This document shows positions 1 through 13,239 of a stretch of 64,000 nucleotides of DNA, in pieces (position 1 is the stretch's first letter; each line of letters begins with the position of its first letter). The stretch is from Balanoglossus misakiensis (lineage: Eukaryota > Animalia > Hemichordata): positions 718,736-782,735 of the forward strand of contig CM082596.2 in NCBI GenBank assembly GCA_040954595.2, given 5' to 3'. The notes beneath the pieces are model-generated. The model was not told where the DNA came from. It was given only the letters and a program-made list of their open reading frames with translations, and did no database searches. The translations under genes and the position numbers were made by a program.

Positions 1-3000
1 GAAAATCGTCAAAAATCGATGATTTTTCGACTTTGGGGATTTTCGAAATTTGGTGATTTTTTGAAAAAATCATGGGTTATAGCTCAGGAAAATCGTCAAA
101 AATCGATGATTTTTCGACTTTGGGGATTTTCGAAATTTGGTGATTTTTTTGAAAAAATCATGGGTTATAGCTCAGGAAAATCGTCAAAAATCGATGATTT
201 TTCGACTTTGGGGATTTTCGAAATTTGGTGATTTTTTTGTAAAAATCATGGGTTATAGCTCAGGAAAATCGTCAAAAATCGATGATTTTTCGACTTTGGG
301 GATTTTCGAAATTTGGTGATTTTTTTGTAAAAATCATGGGTTATAGCTCAGGAAAATCGTCAAAATCGATGATTTTTCGACTTTGGGGATTTTCGAAATT
401 TGGTGATTTTTTTGAAAAATCATGGGTTATAGCTCAGGAAAATCGTCAAAAATCGATGATTTTTCGACTTTGGGGATTTTCGAAATTTGGTGATTTTTTT
501 GAAAAAATCATGGGTTATAGCTCGGAGGAAAATCGTCAAAAATCGATGATTTTTCGACTTTGGGGATTTTCGAAATTTGGTGATTTTTTTGAAAAAATCA
601 TGGGTTATAGCTCAGGAAAATCGTCAAAAATCGATGATTTTTCGACTTTGGGGATTTTCGAAATTTGGTGATTTTTTTGAAAAAATCATGGGTTATAGCT
701 CAGGAAAATCGTCAAAAATCGATGATTTTTCGACTTTGGGGATTTTCGAAATTTGGTGATTTTTTTGAAAAAATCATGGGTTATAGCTCAGGAAAATCGT
801 CAAAAATCGATGATTTTTCGACTTTGGGGATTTTCGAAATTTGGTGATTTTTTGAAATAATCATGGGTTATAGCTCAGGAAAATCGTCAAAAATCGATGA
901 TTTTTCGACTTTGGGGATTTTCGAAATTTGGTGATTTTTTTGAAAAAATCATGGGTTATAGCTCAGGAAAATCGTCAAAAATCGATGATTTTTCGACTTT
1001 GGGGATTTTCGAAATTTGGTGATTTTTTTGAAAAAATCATGGGTTATAGCTCAGGAAAATCGTCAAAAATCGATGATTTTTCGACTTTGGGGATTTTCGA
1101 AATTTGGTGATTTTTTTGAAAAAATCATGGGTTATAGCTCAGGAAAATCGTCAAAAATCGATGATTTTTCGACTTTGGGGATTTTCGAAATTTGGTGATT
1201 TTTTTGAAAAAATCATGGGTTATAGCTCAGAAAATCGTCAAAAATCGATGATTTTTTCGACTTTGGGGATTTTCGAAATTTGGTGATTTTTTTGAAAAAA
1301 TCATGGGTTATAGCTCAGGAAAATCGTCAAAAATCGATGATTTTTCGACTTTGGGGATTTTCGAAATTTGGTGATTTTTTGAAAAAATCATGGGTTATAG
1401 CTCAGGAAAATCGTCAAAAATCGATGATTTTTCGACTTTGGGGATTTTCGAAATTTGGTGATTTTTTGAAAAAATCATGGGTTATAGCTCAGGAAAATCG
1501 TCAAAAAATCGATGATTTTTCGACTTTGGGGATTTTCGAAATTTGGTGATTTTTTTGAAAAAATCATGGGTTATAGCTCAGGAAAATCGTCAAAAATCGA
1601 TGATTTTTCGACTTTGGGGATTTTCGAAATTTGGTGATTTTTGTGAAAAAATCATGGGTTATAGCTCAGGAAAATCGTCAAAAATCGATGATTTTTCGAC
1701 TTTGGGGATTTTCGAAATTTGGTGATTTTTTGAAAAAAGTCATGGGTTATAGCTCAGGAAAATCGTCAAAAATCGATGATTTTTCGACTTTGGGGATTTT
1801 CGAAATTTGGTGATTTTTTTGAAAAAAGTCATGGGTTATAGCTCAGGAAAAATCGTCAAAAATCGATGATTTTTCGACTTTGGGGATTTTCGAAATTTGG
1901 TGATTTTTTGAAAAAGTCATGGGTTATAGCTCAGGAAAATCGTCAAAATCGATGATTTTTCGACTTTTGGGGATTTTCGAAATTTGGTGATTTTTGTGAA
2001 AAATCATGGGTTATAGCTCAGGAAAATCGTCAAAAATCGATGATTTTTCGACTTTGGGGATTTTCGAAATTTGGTGATTTTTGTGAAAAATCATGGGTTA
2101 TAGCTCAGGAAAATCGTCAAAAATCGATGATTTTTCGACTTTGGGGATTTTCGAAATTGGTGATTTTTTGTGAAAAAATCATGGGTTATAGCTCAGGAAA
2201 ATCGTCAAAAATCGATGATTTTTCGACTTTGGGGATTTTCGAAATTTGGTGATTTTTGTGAAAAAATCATGGGTTATAGCTCAGGAAAATCGTCAAAAAT
2301 CGATGATTTTTCGACTTTGGGGATTTTCGAAATTTGGTGATTTTTGTGAAAAAATCATGGGTTATAGCTCAGGAAAATCGTCAAAAATCGATGATTTTTC
2401 GACTTTGGGGATTTTTCGAAATTTGGTGATTTTTGTGAAAAAATCATGGGTTATAGCTCAGGAAAATCGTCAAAAATCGATGATTTTTCGACTTTGGGGA
2501 TTTTCGAAATTTGGTGATTTTTGTGAAAAAATCATGGGTTATAGCTCAGGAAAATCGTCAAAAATCGATGATTTTTCCGACTTTGGGGATTTTCGAAATT
2601 TGGTGATTTTTGTGAAAAAATCATGGGTTATAGCTCAGGAAAATCGTCAAAAATCGATGATTTTTCGACTTTGGGGATTTTCGAAATTTGGTGATTTTTG
2701 TGAAAAAATCATGGGTTATAGCTCAGGAAAATCGTCAAAAATCGATGATTTTTCGACTTTGGGGATTTTCGAAATTTGGTGATTTTTGTGAAAAAATCAT
2801 GGGTTATAGCTCAGGAAATCGTCAAAAATCGATGATTTTTCGACTTTGGGGATTTTCGAAATTTGGTGATTTTTTTGTAAAAATCATGGGTTATAGCTCA
2901 GGAAAATCGTCAAAAATCGATGATTTTTCGACTTTGGGGATTTTCGAAATTTGGTGATTTTTGTTGAAAAATCATGGGTTATAGCTCAGGAAAATCGTCA

Positions 3001-6000
3001 AAAATCGATGATTTTTCGACTTTGGGGATTTTCGAAATTTGGTGATTTTTTTGAAAAAATCATGGGTTATAGCTCAGGAAAATCGTCAAAAATCGATGAT
3101 TTTTCGACTTTGGGGATTTTCGAAATTTGGTGATTTTTTTGAAAAAATCATGGGTTATAGCTCAGGAAAATCGTCAAAAATCGATGATTTTTCGACTTTG
3201 GGGATTTTCGAAATTTGGTGATTTTTGTGAAAAAATCATGGGTTATAGCTCAGGAAAATCGTCAAAAATCGATGATTTTTCGACTTTGGGGATTTTCGAA
3301 ATTTGGTGATTTTTGTGAAAAAATCATGGGTTATAGCTCAGGAAAATCGTCAAAAATCGATGATTTTTCGACTTTGGGGATTTTCGAAATTTGGTGATTT
3401 TTGTGAAAAAATCATGGGTTATAGCTCAGGAAAATCGTCAAAAATCGATGATTTTTCGACTTTGGGGATTTTCGAAATTTGGTGATTTTTGTGAAAAATC
3501 ATGGGTTATAGCTCAGGAAAATCGTCAAAAATCGATGATTTTTCGACTTTGGGGATTTTCGAAATTTGGTGATTTTTGTGAAAAATCATGGGTTATAGCT
3601 CAGGAAAATCGTCAAAAATCGATGATTTTTCGACTTTGGGGATTTTCGAAATTTGGTGATTTTTGTGAAAAAATCATGGGTTATAGCTCAGGAAAATCGT
3701 CAAAAATCGATGATTTTTCGACTTTGGGGATTTTCGAAATTTGGTGATTTTTGTGAAAAAATCATGGGTTATAGCTCAGGAAAATCGTCAAAAATCGATG
3801 ATTTTTCGACTTTGGGGATTTTCGAAATTTGGTGATTTTTGTGAAAAAATCATGGGTTATAGCTCAGGAAAATCGTCAAAAATCGATGATTTTTCGACTT
3901 TGGGGATTTTCGAAATTTTGGTGATTTTTGTGAAAAAATCATGGGTTATAGCTCAGGAAAATCGTCAAAAATCGATGATTTTTCGACTTTGGGGATTTTC
4001 GAAATTTGGTGATTTTTGTGAAAAAATCATGGGTTATAGCTCAGGAAAATCGTCAAAAATCGATGATTTTTCGACTTTGGGGATTTTCGAATTTGGTGAT
4101 TTTTGTGAAAAAATCATGGGTTATAGCTCAGGAAAATCGTCAAAAATCGATGATTTTTCGACTTTGGGGATTTTCGAAATTTGGTGATTTTTGTGAAAAA
4201 ATCATGGGTTATAGCTCAGGAAAATCGTCAAAAATCGATGATTTTTCGACTTTGGGGATTTTCGAAATTTGGTGATTTTTGTGAAAAAATCATGGGTTAT
4301 AGCTCAGGAAAATCGTCAAAAATCGATGATTTTTCGACTTTGGGGATTTTCGAAATTTGGTGATTTTTGTGAAAAAATCATGGGTTATAGCTCAGGAAAA
4401 TCGTCAAAAATCGATGATTTTTCGACTTTGGGGATTTTCGAAATTTGGTGATTTTTGTGAAAAAATCATGGGTTATAGCTCAGGAAAATCGTCAAAAATC
4501 GATGATTTTTCGACTTTGGGGATTTTCGAAATTTGGTGATTTTTGTGAAAAAATCATGGGTTATAGCTCAGGAAAATCGTCAAAAATCGATGATTTTTCG
4601 ACTTTGGGGATTTTCGAAATTTGGTGATTTTTGTGAAAAAATCATGGGTTATAGCTCAGGAAAATCGTCAAAAATCGATGATTTTTCGACTTTGGGGATT
4701 TTCGAAATTTGGTGATTTTTGTGAAAAAATCATGGGTTATAGCTCAGGAAAATCGTCAAAAATCGATGATTTTTCGACTTTGGGGATTTTCGAAATTTGG
4801 TGATTTTTGTGAAAAAATCATGGGTTATAGCTCAGGAAAATCGTCAAAAATCGATGATTTTTCGACTTTGGGGATTTTCGAAATTTGGTGATTTTTGTGA
4901 AAAAATCATGGGTTATAGCTCAGGAAAATCGTCAAAAATCGATGATTTTTCGACTTTGGGGATTTTCGAAATTTGGTGATTTTTGTGAAAAAATCATGGG
5001 TTATAGCTCAGGAAAATCGTCAAAAATCGATGATTTTTCGACTTTGGGGATTTTCGAAATTTGGTGATTTTTGTGAAAAAATCATGGGTTATAGCTCAGG
5101 AAAATCGTCAAAAATCGATGATTTTTCGACTTTGGGGATTTTCGAAATTTGGTGATTTTTGTGAAAAAATCATGGGTTATAGCTCAGGAAAATCGTCAAA
5201 AATCGATGATTTTTCGACTTTGGGGATTTTCGAAATTTGGTGATTTTTGTGAAAAAATCATGGGTTATAGCTCAGGAAAATCGTCAAAAATCGATGATTT
5301 TTCGACTTTGGGGATTTTCGAAATTTGGTGATTTTTGTGAAAAAATCATGGGTTATAGCTCATTAAAATCGTCAAAAATCGATGATTTTTCGACTTTGGG
5401 GATTTTCGAAATTTGGTGATTTTTGTGAAAAAATCATGGGTTATAGCTCATTAAAATCGTCAAAAATCGATGATTTTTCGACTTTGGGGATTTTCGAAAT
5501 TTGGTGATTTTTGTGAAAAAATCATGGGTTATAGCTCATTAAAATCGTCAAAAATCGATGATTTTTCGACTTTGGGGATTTTCGAAATTTGGTGATTTTT
5601 GTGAAAAAATCATGGGTTATAGCTCATTAAAATCGTCAAAAATCGATGATTTTTCGACTTTGGGGATTTTCGAAATTTGGTGATTTTTGTGAAAAAATCA
5701 TGGGTTATAGCTCATTAAAATCGTCAAAAATCGATGATTTTTCGACTTTGGGGATTTTCGAAATTTGGTGATTTTTGTGAAAAAATCATGGGTTATAGCT
5801 CATTAAAATCGTCAAAAATCGATGATTTTTCGACTTTGGGGATTTTCGAAATTTGGTGATTTTTGTGAAAAAATCATGGGTTATAGCTCATTAAAATCGT
5901 CAAAAATCGATGATTTTTCGACTTTGGGGATTTTCGAAATTTGGTGATTTTTGTGAAAAAATCATGGGTTATAGCTCAGGAAAATCGTCAAAAATCGATG

Positions 6001-9000
6001 ATTTTTCGACTTTGGGGATTTTCGAAATTTGGTGATTTTTGTGAAAAAATCATGGGTTATAGCTCAGGAAAATCGTCAAAAATCGATGATTTTTCGACTT
6101 TGGGGATTTTCGAAATTTGGTGATTTTATTGAAAAAATCATGGGTTATAGCTCAGGAAAATCGTCAAAAATCGATGATTTTTCGACTTTGGGGATTTTCG
6201 AAATTTGGTGATTTTTTTGAAAAAATCATGGGTTATAGCTCAGGAAAATCGTCAAAAATCGATGATTTTTCGACTTTGGGGATTTTCGAAATTTGGTGAT
6301 TTTTTTGAAAAAATCATGGGTTATAGCTCAGGAAAATCGTCAAAAATCGATGATTTTTCGACTTTGGGGATTTTCGAAATTTGGTGATTTTTGTGAAAAA
6401 ATCATGGGTTATAGCTCAGGAAAATCGTCAAAAATCGATGATTTTTCGACTTTGGGGATTTTCGAAATTTGGTGATTTTTGTGAAAAAATCATGGGTTAT
6501 AGCTCAGGAAAATCGTCAAAAATCGATGATTTTTCGACTTTGGGGATTTTCGAAATTTGGTGATTTTTTTGAAAAAATCATGGGTTATAGCTCAGGAAAA
6601 TCGTCAAAAATCGATGATTTTTCGACTTTGGGGATTTTCGAAATTTGGTGATTTTTTTGAAAAAATCATGGGTTATAGCTCAGGAAAATCGTCAAAAATC
6701 GATGATTTTTCGACTTTGAGGATTTTCGAAATTTGGTGATTTTTTGAAAAAATCATGGGTTATAGCTCAGGAAAATCGTCAAAAATCGATGATTTTTCGA
6801 CTTTGGGGATTTTCGAAATTTGGTGATTTTTGTGAAAAAATCATGGGTTATAGCTGAGGAAAATCGTCAAAAATCGATGATTTTTCGACTTTGGGGATTT
6901 TCGAAATTTGGTGATTTTTGTGAAAAAATCATGGGTTATAGCTGAGGAAAATCGTCAAAAATCGATGATTTTTCGACTTTGGGGATTTTCGAAATTTGGT
7001 GATTTTTGTGAAAAAATCATGGGTTATAGCTGAGGAAAATCGTCAAAAATCGATGATTTTTCGACTTTGGGGATTTTCGAAATTTGGTGATTTTTGTGAA
7101 AAAATCATGGGTTATAGCTGAGGAAAATCGTCAAAAATCGATGATTTTTCGACTTTGGGGATTTTCGAAATTTGGTGATTTTTGTGAAAAAATCATGGGT
7201 TATAGCTGAGGAAAATCGTCAAAAATCGATGATTTTTCGACTTTGGGGATTTTCGAAATTTGGTGATTTTTGTGAAAAAATCATGGGTTATAGCTGAGGA
7301 AAATCGTCAAAAATCGATGATTTTTCGACTTTGGGGATTTTCGAAATTTGGTGATTTTTGTGAAAAAATCATGGGTTATAGCTCAGGAAAATCGTCAAAA
7401 ATCGATGATTTTTCGACTTTGGGGATTTTCGAAATTTGGTGATTTTTGTGAAAAAATCATGGGTTATAGCTCAGGAAAATCGTCAAAAATCGATGATTTT
7501 TCGACTTTGGGGATTTTCGAAATTTGGTGATTTTTGTGAAAAAATCATGGGTTATAGCTCAGGAAAATCGTCAAAAATCGATGATTTTTCGACTTTGGGG
7601 ATTTTCGAAATTTGGTGATTTTTGTGAAAAAATCATGGGTTATAGCTCAGGAAAATCGTCAAAAATCGATGATTTTTCGACTTTGGGGATTTTCGAAATT
7701 TGGTGATTTTTGTGAAAAAATCATGGGTTATAGCTCAGGAAAATCGTCAAAAATCGATGATTTTTCGACTTTGGGGATTTTCGAAATTTGGTGATTTTTG
7801 TGAAAAAATCATGGGTTATAGCTCAGGAAAATCGTCAAAAATCGATGATTTTTCGACTTTGGGGATTTTCGAAATTTGGTGATTTTTGTGAAAAAATCAT
7901 GGGTTATAGCTCAGGAAAATCGTCAAAAATCGATGATTTTTCGACTTTGGGGATTTTCGAAATTTGGTGATTTTTGTGAAAAAATCATGGGTTATAGCTC
8001 AGGAAAATCGTCAAAAATCGATGATTTTTCGACTTTGGGGATTTTCGAAATTTGGTGATTTTTGTGAAAAAATCATGGGTTATAGCTCAGGAAAATCGTC
8101 AAAAATCGATGATTTTTCGACTTTGGGGATTTTCGAAATTTGGTGATTTTTGTGAAAAAATCATGGGTTATAGCTCAGGAAAATCGTCAAAAATCGATGA
8201 TTTTTCGACTTTGGGGATTTTCGAAATTTGGTGATTTTTGTGAAAAAATCATGGGTTATAGCTCAGGAAAATCGTCAAAAATCGATGATTTTTCGACTTT
8301 GGGGATTTTCGAAATTTGGTGATTTTTGTGAAAAAATCATGGGTTATAGCTCAGGAAAATCGTCAAAAATCGATGATTTTTCGACTTTGGGGATTTTCGA
8401 AATTTGGTGATTTTTGTGAAAAAATCATGGGTTATAGCTCAGGAAAATCGTCAAAAATCGATGATTTTTCGACTTTGGGGATTTTCGAAATTTGGTGATT
8501 TTTGTGAAAAAATCATGGGTTATAGCTCAGGAAAATCGTCAAAAATCGATGATTTTTCGACTTTGGGGATTTTCGAAATTTGGTGATTTTTGTGAAAAAA
8601 TCATGGGTTATAGCTCAGGAAAATCGTCAAAAATCGATGATTTTTCGACTTTGGGGATTTTCGAAATTTGGTGATTTTTGTGAAAAAATCATGGGTTATA
8701 GCTCAGGAAAATCGTCAAAAATCGATGATTTTTCGACTTTGGGGATTTTCGAAATTTGGTGATTTTTGTGAAAAAATCATGGGTTATAGCTCAGGAAAAT
8801 CGTCAAAAATCGATGATTTTTCGACTTTGGGGATTTTCGAAATTTGGTGATTTTTGTGAAAAAATCATGGGTTATAGCTCAGGAAAATCGTCAAAAATCG
8901 ATGATTTTTCGACTTTGGGGATTTTCGAAATTTGGTGATTTTTGTGAAAAAATCATGGGTTATAGCTCAGGAAAATCGTCAAAAATCGATGATTTTTCGA

Positions 9001-12000
9001 CTTTGGGGATTTTCGAAATTTGGTGATTTTTGTGAAAAAATCATGGGTTATAGCTCAGGAAAATCGTCAAAAATCGATGATTTTTCGACTTTGGGGATTT
9101 TCGAAATTTGGTGATTTTTGTGAAAAAATCATGGGTTATAGCTCAGGAAAATCGTCAAAAATCGATGATTTTTCGACTTTGGGGATTTTCGAAATTTGGT
9201 GATTTTTGTGAAAAAATCATGGGTTATAGCTCAGGAAAATCGTCAAAAATCGATGATTTTTCGACTTTGGGGATTTTCGAAATTTGGTGATTTTTGTGAA
9301 AAAATCATGGGTTATAGCTCAGGAAAATCGTCAAAAATCGATGATTTTTCGACTTTGGGGATTTTCGAAATTTGGTCATTTTTTGAAAAAATCATGGGTT
9401 ATAGCTCAGGAAAATCGTCAAAAATCGATGATTTTTCGACTTTGGGGATTTTCGAAATTTGGTCATTTTTTGAAAAAATCATGGGTTATAGCTCAGGAAA
9501 ATCGTCAAAAATCGATGATTTTTCGACTTTGGGGATTTTCGAAATTTGGTCATTTTTTGAAAAAATCATGGGTTATAGCTCAGGAAAAATCGTCAAAAAT
9601 CGAGGATTTTTCGACTTTGGGGATTTTCGAAATTTGGTGATTTTTTGAAAAAATCATGGGTTATAGCTCAGGAAAAATCGTCAAAAATCGAGGATTTTTC
9701 GACTTTGGGGATTTTCGAAATTTGGTGATTTTTTGAAAAAATCATGGGTTATAGCTCAGGAAAATCGTCAAAAATCGAGGATTTTTCGACTTTGGGGATT
9801 TTCGAAATTTGGTGATTTTTTGAAAAAATCATGGGTTATAGCTCAGGAAAATCGTCAAAAATCGATGATTTTTCGACTTTGGGGATTTTCGAAATTTGGT
9901 GATTTTTGTGAAAAAATCATGGGTTATAGCTCAGGAAAATCGTCAAAAATCGATGATTTTTCGACTTTGGGGATTTTCGAAATTTGGTGATTTTTGTGAA
10001 AAAATCATGGGTTATAGCTCAGGAAAATCGTCAAAAATCGATGATTTTTCGACTTTGGGGATTTTCGAAATTTGGTGATTTTTGTGAAAAAATCATGGGT
10101 TATAGCTCAGGAAAATCGTCAAAAATCGATGATTTTTCGACTTTGGGGATTTTCGAAATTTGGTGATTTTTGTGAAAAAATCATGGGTTATAGCTCAGGA
10201 AAATCGTCAAAAATCGATGATTTTTCGACTTTGGGGATTTTCGAAATTTGGTGATTTTTGTGAAAAAATCATGGGTTATAGCTCAGGAAAATCGTCAAAA
10301 ATCGATGATTTTTCGACTTTGGGGATTTTCGAAATTTGGTGATTTTTGTGAAAAAATCATGGGTTATAGCTCAGGAAAATCGTCAAAAATCGATGATTTT
10401 TCGACTTTGGGGATTTTCGAAATTTGGTGATTTTTGTGAAAAAATCATGGGTTATAGCTCAGGAAAATCGTCAAAAATCGATGATTTTTCGACTTTGGGG
10501 ATTTTCGAAATTTGGTGATTTTTTTGAAAAAATCATGGGTTATAGCTCAGGAAAATCGTCAAAAATCGATGATTTTTCGACTTTGGGGATTTTCGAAATT
10601 TGGTGATTTTTTTGAAAAAATCATGGGTTATAGCTCAGGAAAATCGTCAAAAATCGATGATTTTTCGACTTTGGGGATTTTCGAAATTTGGTGATTTTTT
10701 TGAAAAAATCATGGGTTATAGCTCAGGAAAATCGTCAAAAATCGATGATTTTTCGACTTTGGGGATTTTCGAAATTTGGTGATTTTTTTGAAAAAATCAT
10801 GGGTTATAGCTCAGGAAAATCGTCAAAAATCGATGATTTTTCGACTTTGGGGATTTTCGAAATTTGGTGATTTTTTTGAAAAAATCATGGGTTATAGCTC
10901 AGGAAAATCGTCAAAAATCGATGATTTTTCGACTTTGGGGATTTTCGAAATTTGGTGATTTTTTTGTAAAAATCATGGGTTATAGCTCAGGAAAATCGTC
11001 AAAAATCGAGGATTTTTCGACTTTGGGGATTTTCGAAATTTGGTCATTTTTTGAAAAAATCATGGGTTATAGCTCAGGAAAATCGTCAAAAATCGAGGAT
11101 TTTTCGACTTTGGGGATTTTCGAAATTTGGTCATTTTTTGAAAAAATCATGGGTTATAGCTCAGGAAAAATCTTCAAAAATCGAGGATTTTTCGACTTTG
11201 GGGATTTTCGAAATTTGGTCATTTTTTGAAAAAATCATGGGTTATAGCTCAGGAAAATCTTCAAAAATCGAGGATTTTTCGACTTTGGGGATTTTCGAAT
11301 TTTGTTCATTTTTTGAAAAAATCATGGGTTATAGCTCAGGAAAATCTTCAAAAATCGAGGATTTTTCGACTTTGGGGATTTTCGAATTTTGTTCATTTTT
11401 TGAAAAAATCATGGGTTATAGCTCAGGAAAATCTTCAAAAATCGAGGATTTTTCGACTTTGGGGATTTTCGAATTTTGTTCATTTTTTGAAAATATCATG
11501 GGTTATAGCTCAGGAAAATCGTCAAAAATCGAGGATTTTTCGACTTTGGGGATTTTCGAAATTTGGTCATTTTTTGAAAAAATCATGGGTTATAGCTCAG
11601 GAAAATCGTCAAAAATCGAGGATTTTTCGACTTTGGAGATTTTCGAAATTTGGTCATTTTTTGAAAAAATCATGGGTTATAGCTCAGGAAAATCGTCAAA
11701 AATCGAGGATTTTTCGACTTTGGAGATTTTCGAAATTTGGTCATTTTTTGAAAAAATCATGGGTTATAGCTCAGGAAAAAATCGTCAAAAATCGAGGATT
11801 TTTCGACTTTGGGGATTTTCGAAATTTGGTCATTTTTTGAAAAAATCATGGGTTATAGCTCAGGAAAATCGTCAAAAATCGAGGATTTTTCGACTTTGGG
11901 GATTTTCGAAATTTGGTGATTTTTTTGAAAAAATCATGGGTTATAGCTCAGGAAAATCGTCAAAAATCGATGATTTTTCGACTTTGGGGATTTTCGAAAT

Positions 12001-12396
12001 TTGGTGATTTTTTTGAAAAAATCATGGGTTATAGCTCAGGAAAATCGTCAAAAATCGATGATTTTTCGACTTTGGGGATTTTCGAAATTTGGTGATTTTT
12101 TGAAAAAATCATGGGTTATAGCTCAGGAAAATCGTCAAAAATCGATGATTTTTCGACTTTGGGGATTTTCGAAATTTGGTGATTTTTTTGAAAAAATCAT
12201 GGGTTATAGCTCAGGAAAATCGTCAAAAATCGAGGAATTTTCGACTTTGGGGATTTTCGAAATTTGGTGATTTTTTTGAAAAAATCATGGGTTATAGCTC
12301 AGGAAAATCGTCAAAAATCGAGGATTTTTCGACTTTGGGGATTTTCGAAATTTGGTCATTTTTTGAAAAAATCATGGGTTATAGCTCAGGAAAATC
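1..12396. repeat. 88-bp satellite DNA tandem array, about 140 head-to-tail copies, truncated by the window start
   Basis: Monomer GAAAATCGTCAAAAATCGATGATTTTTCGACTTTGGGGATTTTCGAAATTTGGTGATTTTT(G/T)TGAAAAAATCATGGGTTATAGCTCAG repeats with an 88-bp period; ORF-track starts recur every 88 bp. The array stops abruptly after ...GCTCAGGAAAATC at 12396. Confidence 0.99.
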
Positions 12397-13239
12397 CAAT
12401 GATGAGCGCCTCAATTATGAAAACATACAAAGGAACTTTGCGTTCCTGTTTGTTGGCATTTTATTCGGGATTGCGCCAGCATGTGTGAAAAGCAACAGCA
12501 AATGTGTTAGGGGTAAGCTTGCAATAACGCATGAGGGCGCGCTGCTCGGTATTTTTTGTAATATCACATAAGAGCAGATATACCCATGTTTATATGAATA
12601 AATAAGGCTCATAAATTATAACAATTCAATAGATATGTTTATTCGCACTCATCTGATTAATATTTCACAATATTGTTTCTCATTTACATGAAAGATATAT
12701 GCCTTTTCCCCTTTAAGTAATAATGAACAGTCGTGAGGGTATTTCCCCCACGATTATGATTCACTCGCAGAACTATAGCTTAAATAAATATTTTATTTGG
12801 ACAATTTGAATTACAAATTATCATTATTCCTTGTCACGCATCGAGACGTTGGGGGTCATGTAATGCTGACTTGTAAATTCAATTTTAATGCAAATAATAG
12901 AATAACATATTTTTCATTTTCTTAAACGAATTTGGCACTTGCTACTGTTATTCGTTTTTTTCTCTGTCCTCTTGTTGGTGTCATATCGCTCAAGTAATTG
13001 TACCATGACTGCACTAATAATAATTTTCTGGCAAATTTTGGGCAGTGCGGAGTTTCACCACTATATCCTAAAGTAAATTTCATAATGTTATATTTAAATC
13101 CATGTCACATCTTGTTTTGTACATTGAATTTTCTTCTAAATGAAATCGTTTGAAAATATTACAATTCTAGAACCGGTGTAGGTGTTAATATGCTTTCGAA
13201 TCACACACAGCTGATTACAAAAAAGTCTTCTTACAGAAA

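Noticed and set aside
1-12396. CRISPR-like regular repeat with palindromic parts
   Set aside because: There are no unique spacers and no cas genes, and the context is eukaryotic. It is a head-to-tail satellite.
19-12571. More than 100 near-identical ORFs (MVIFVKKSWVIAQENRQK..., up to 318 aa)
   Set aside because: They are translations of the 88/87-bp satellite. Their length depends only on monomer length modulo 3.
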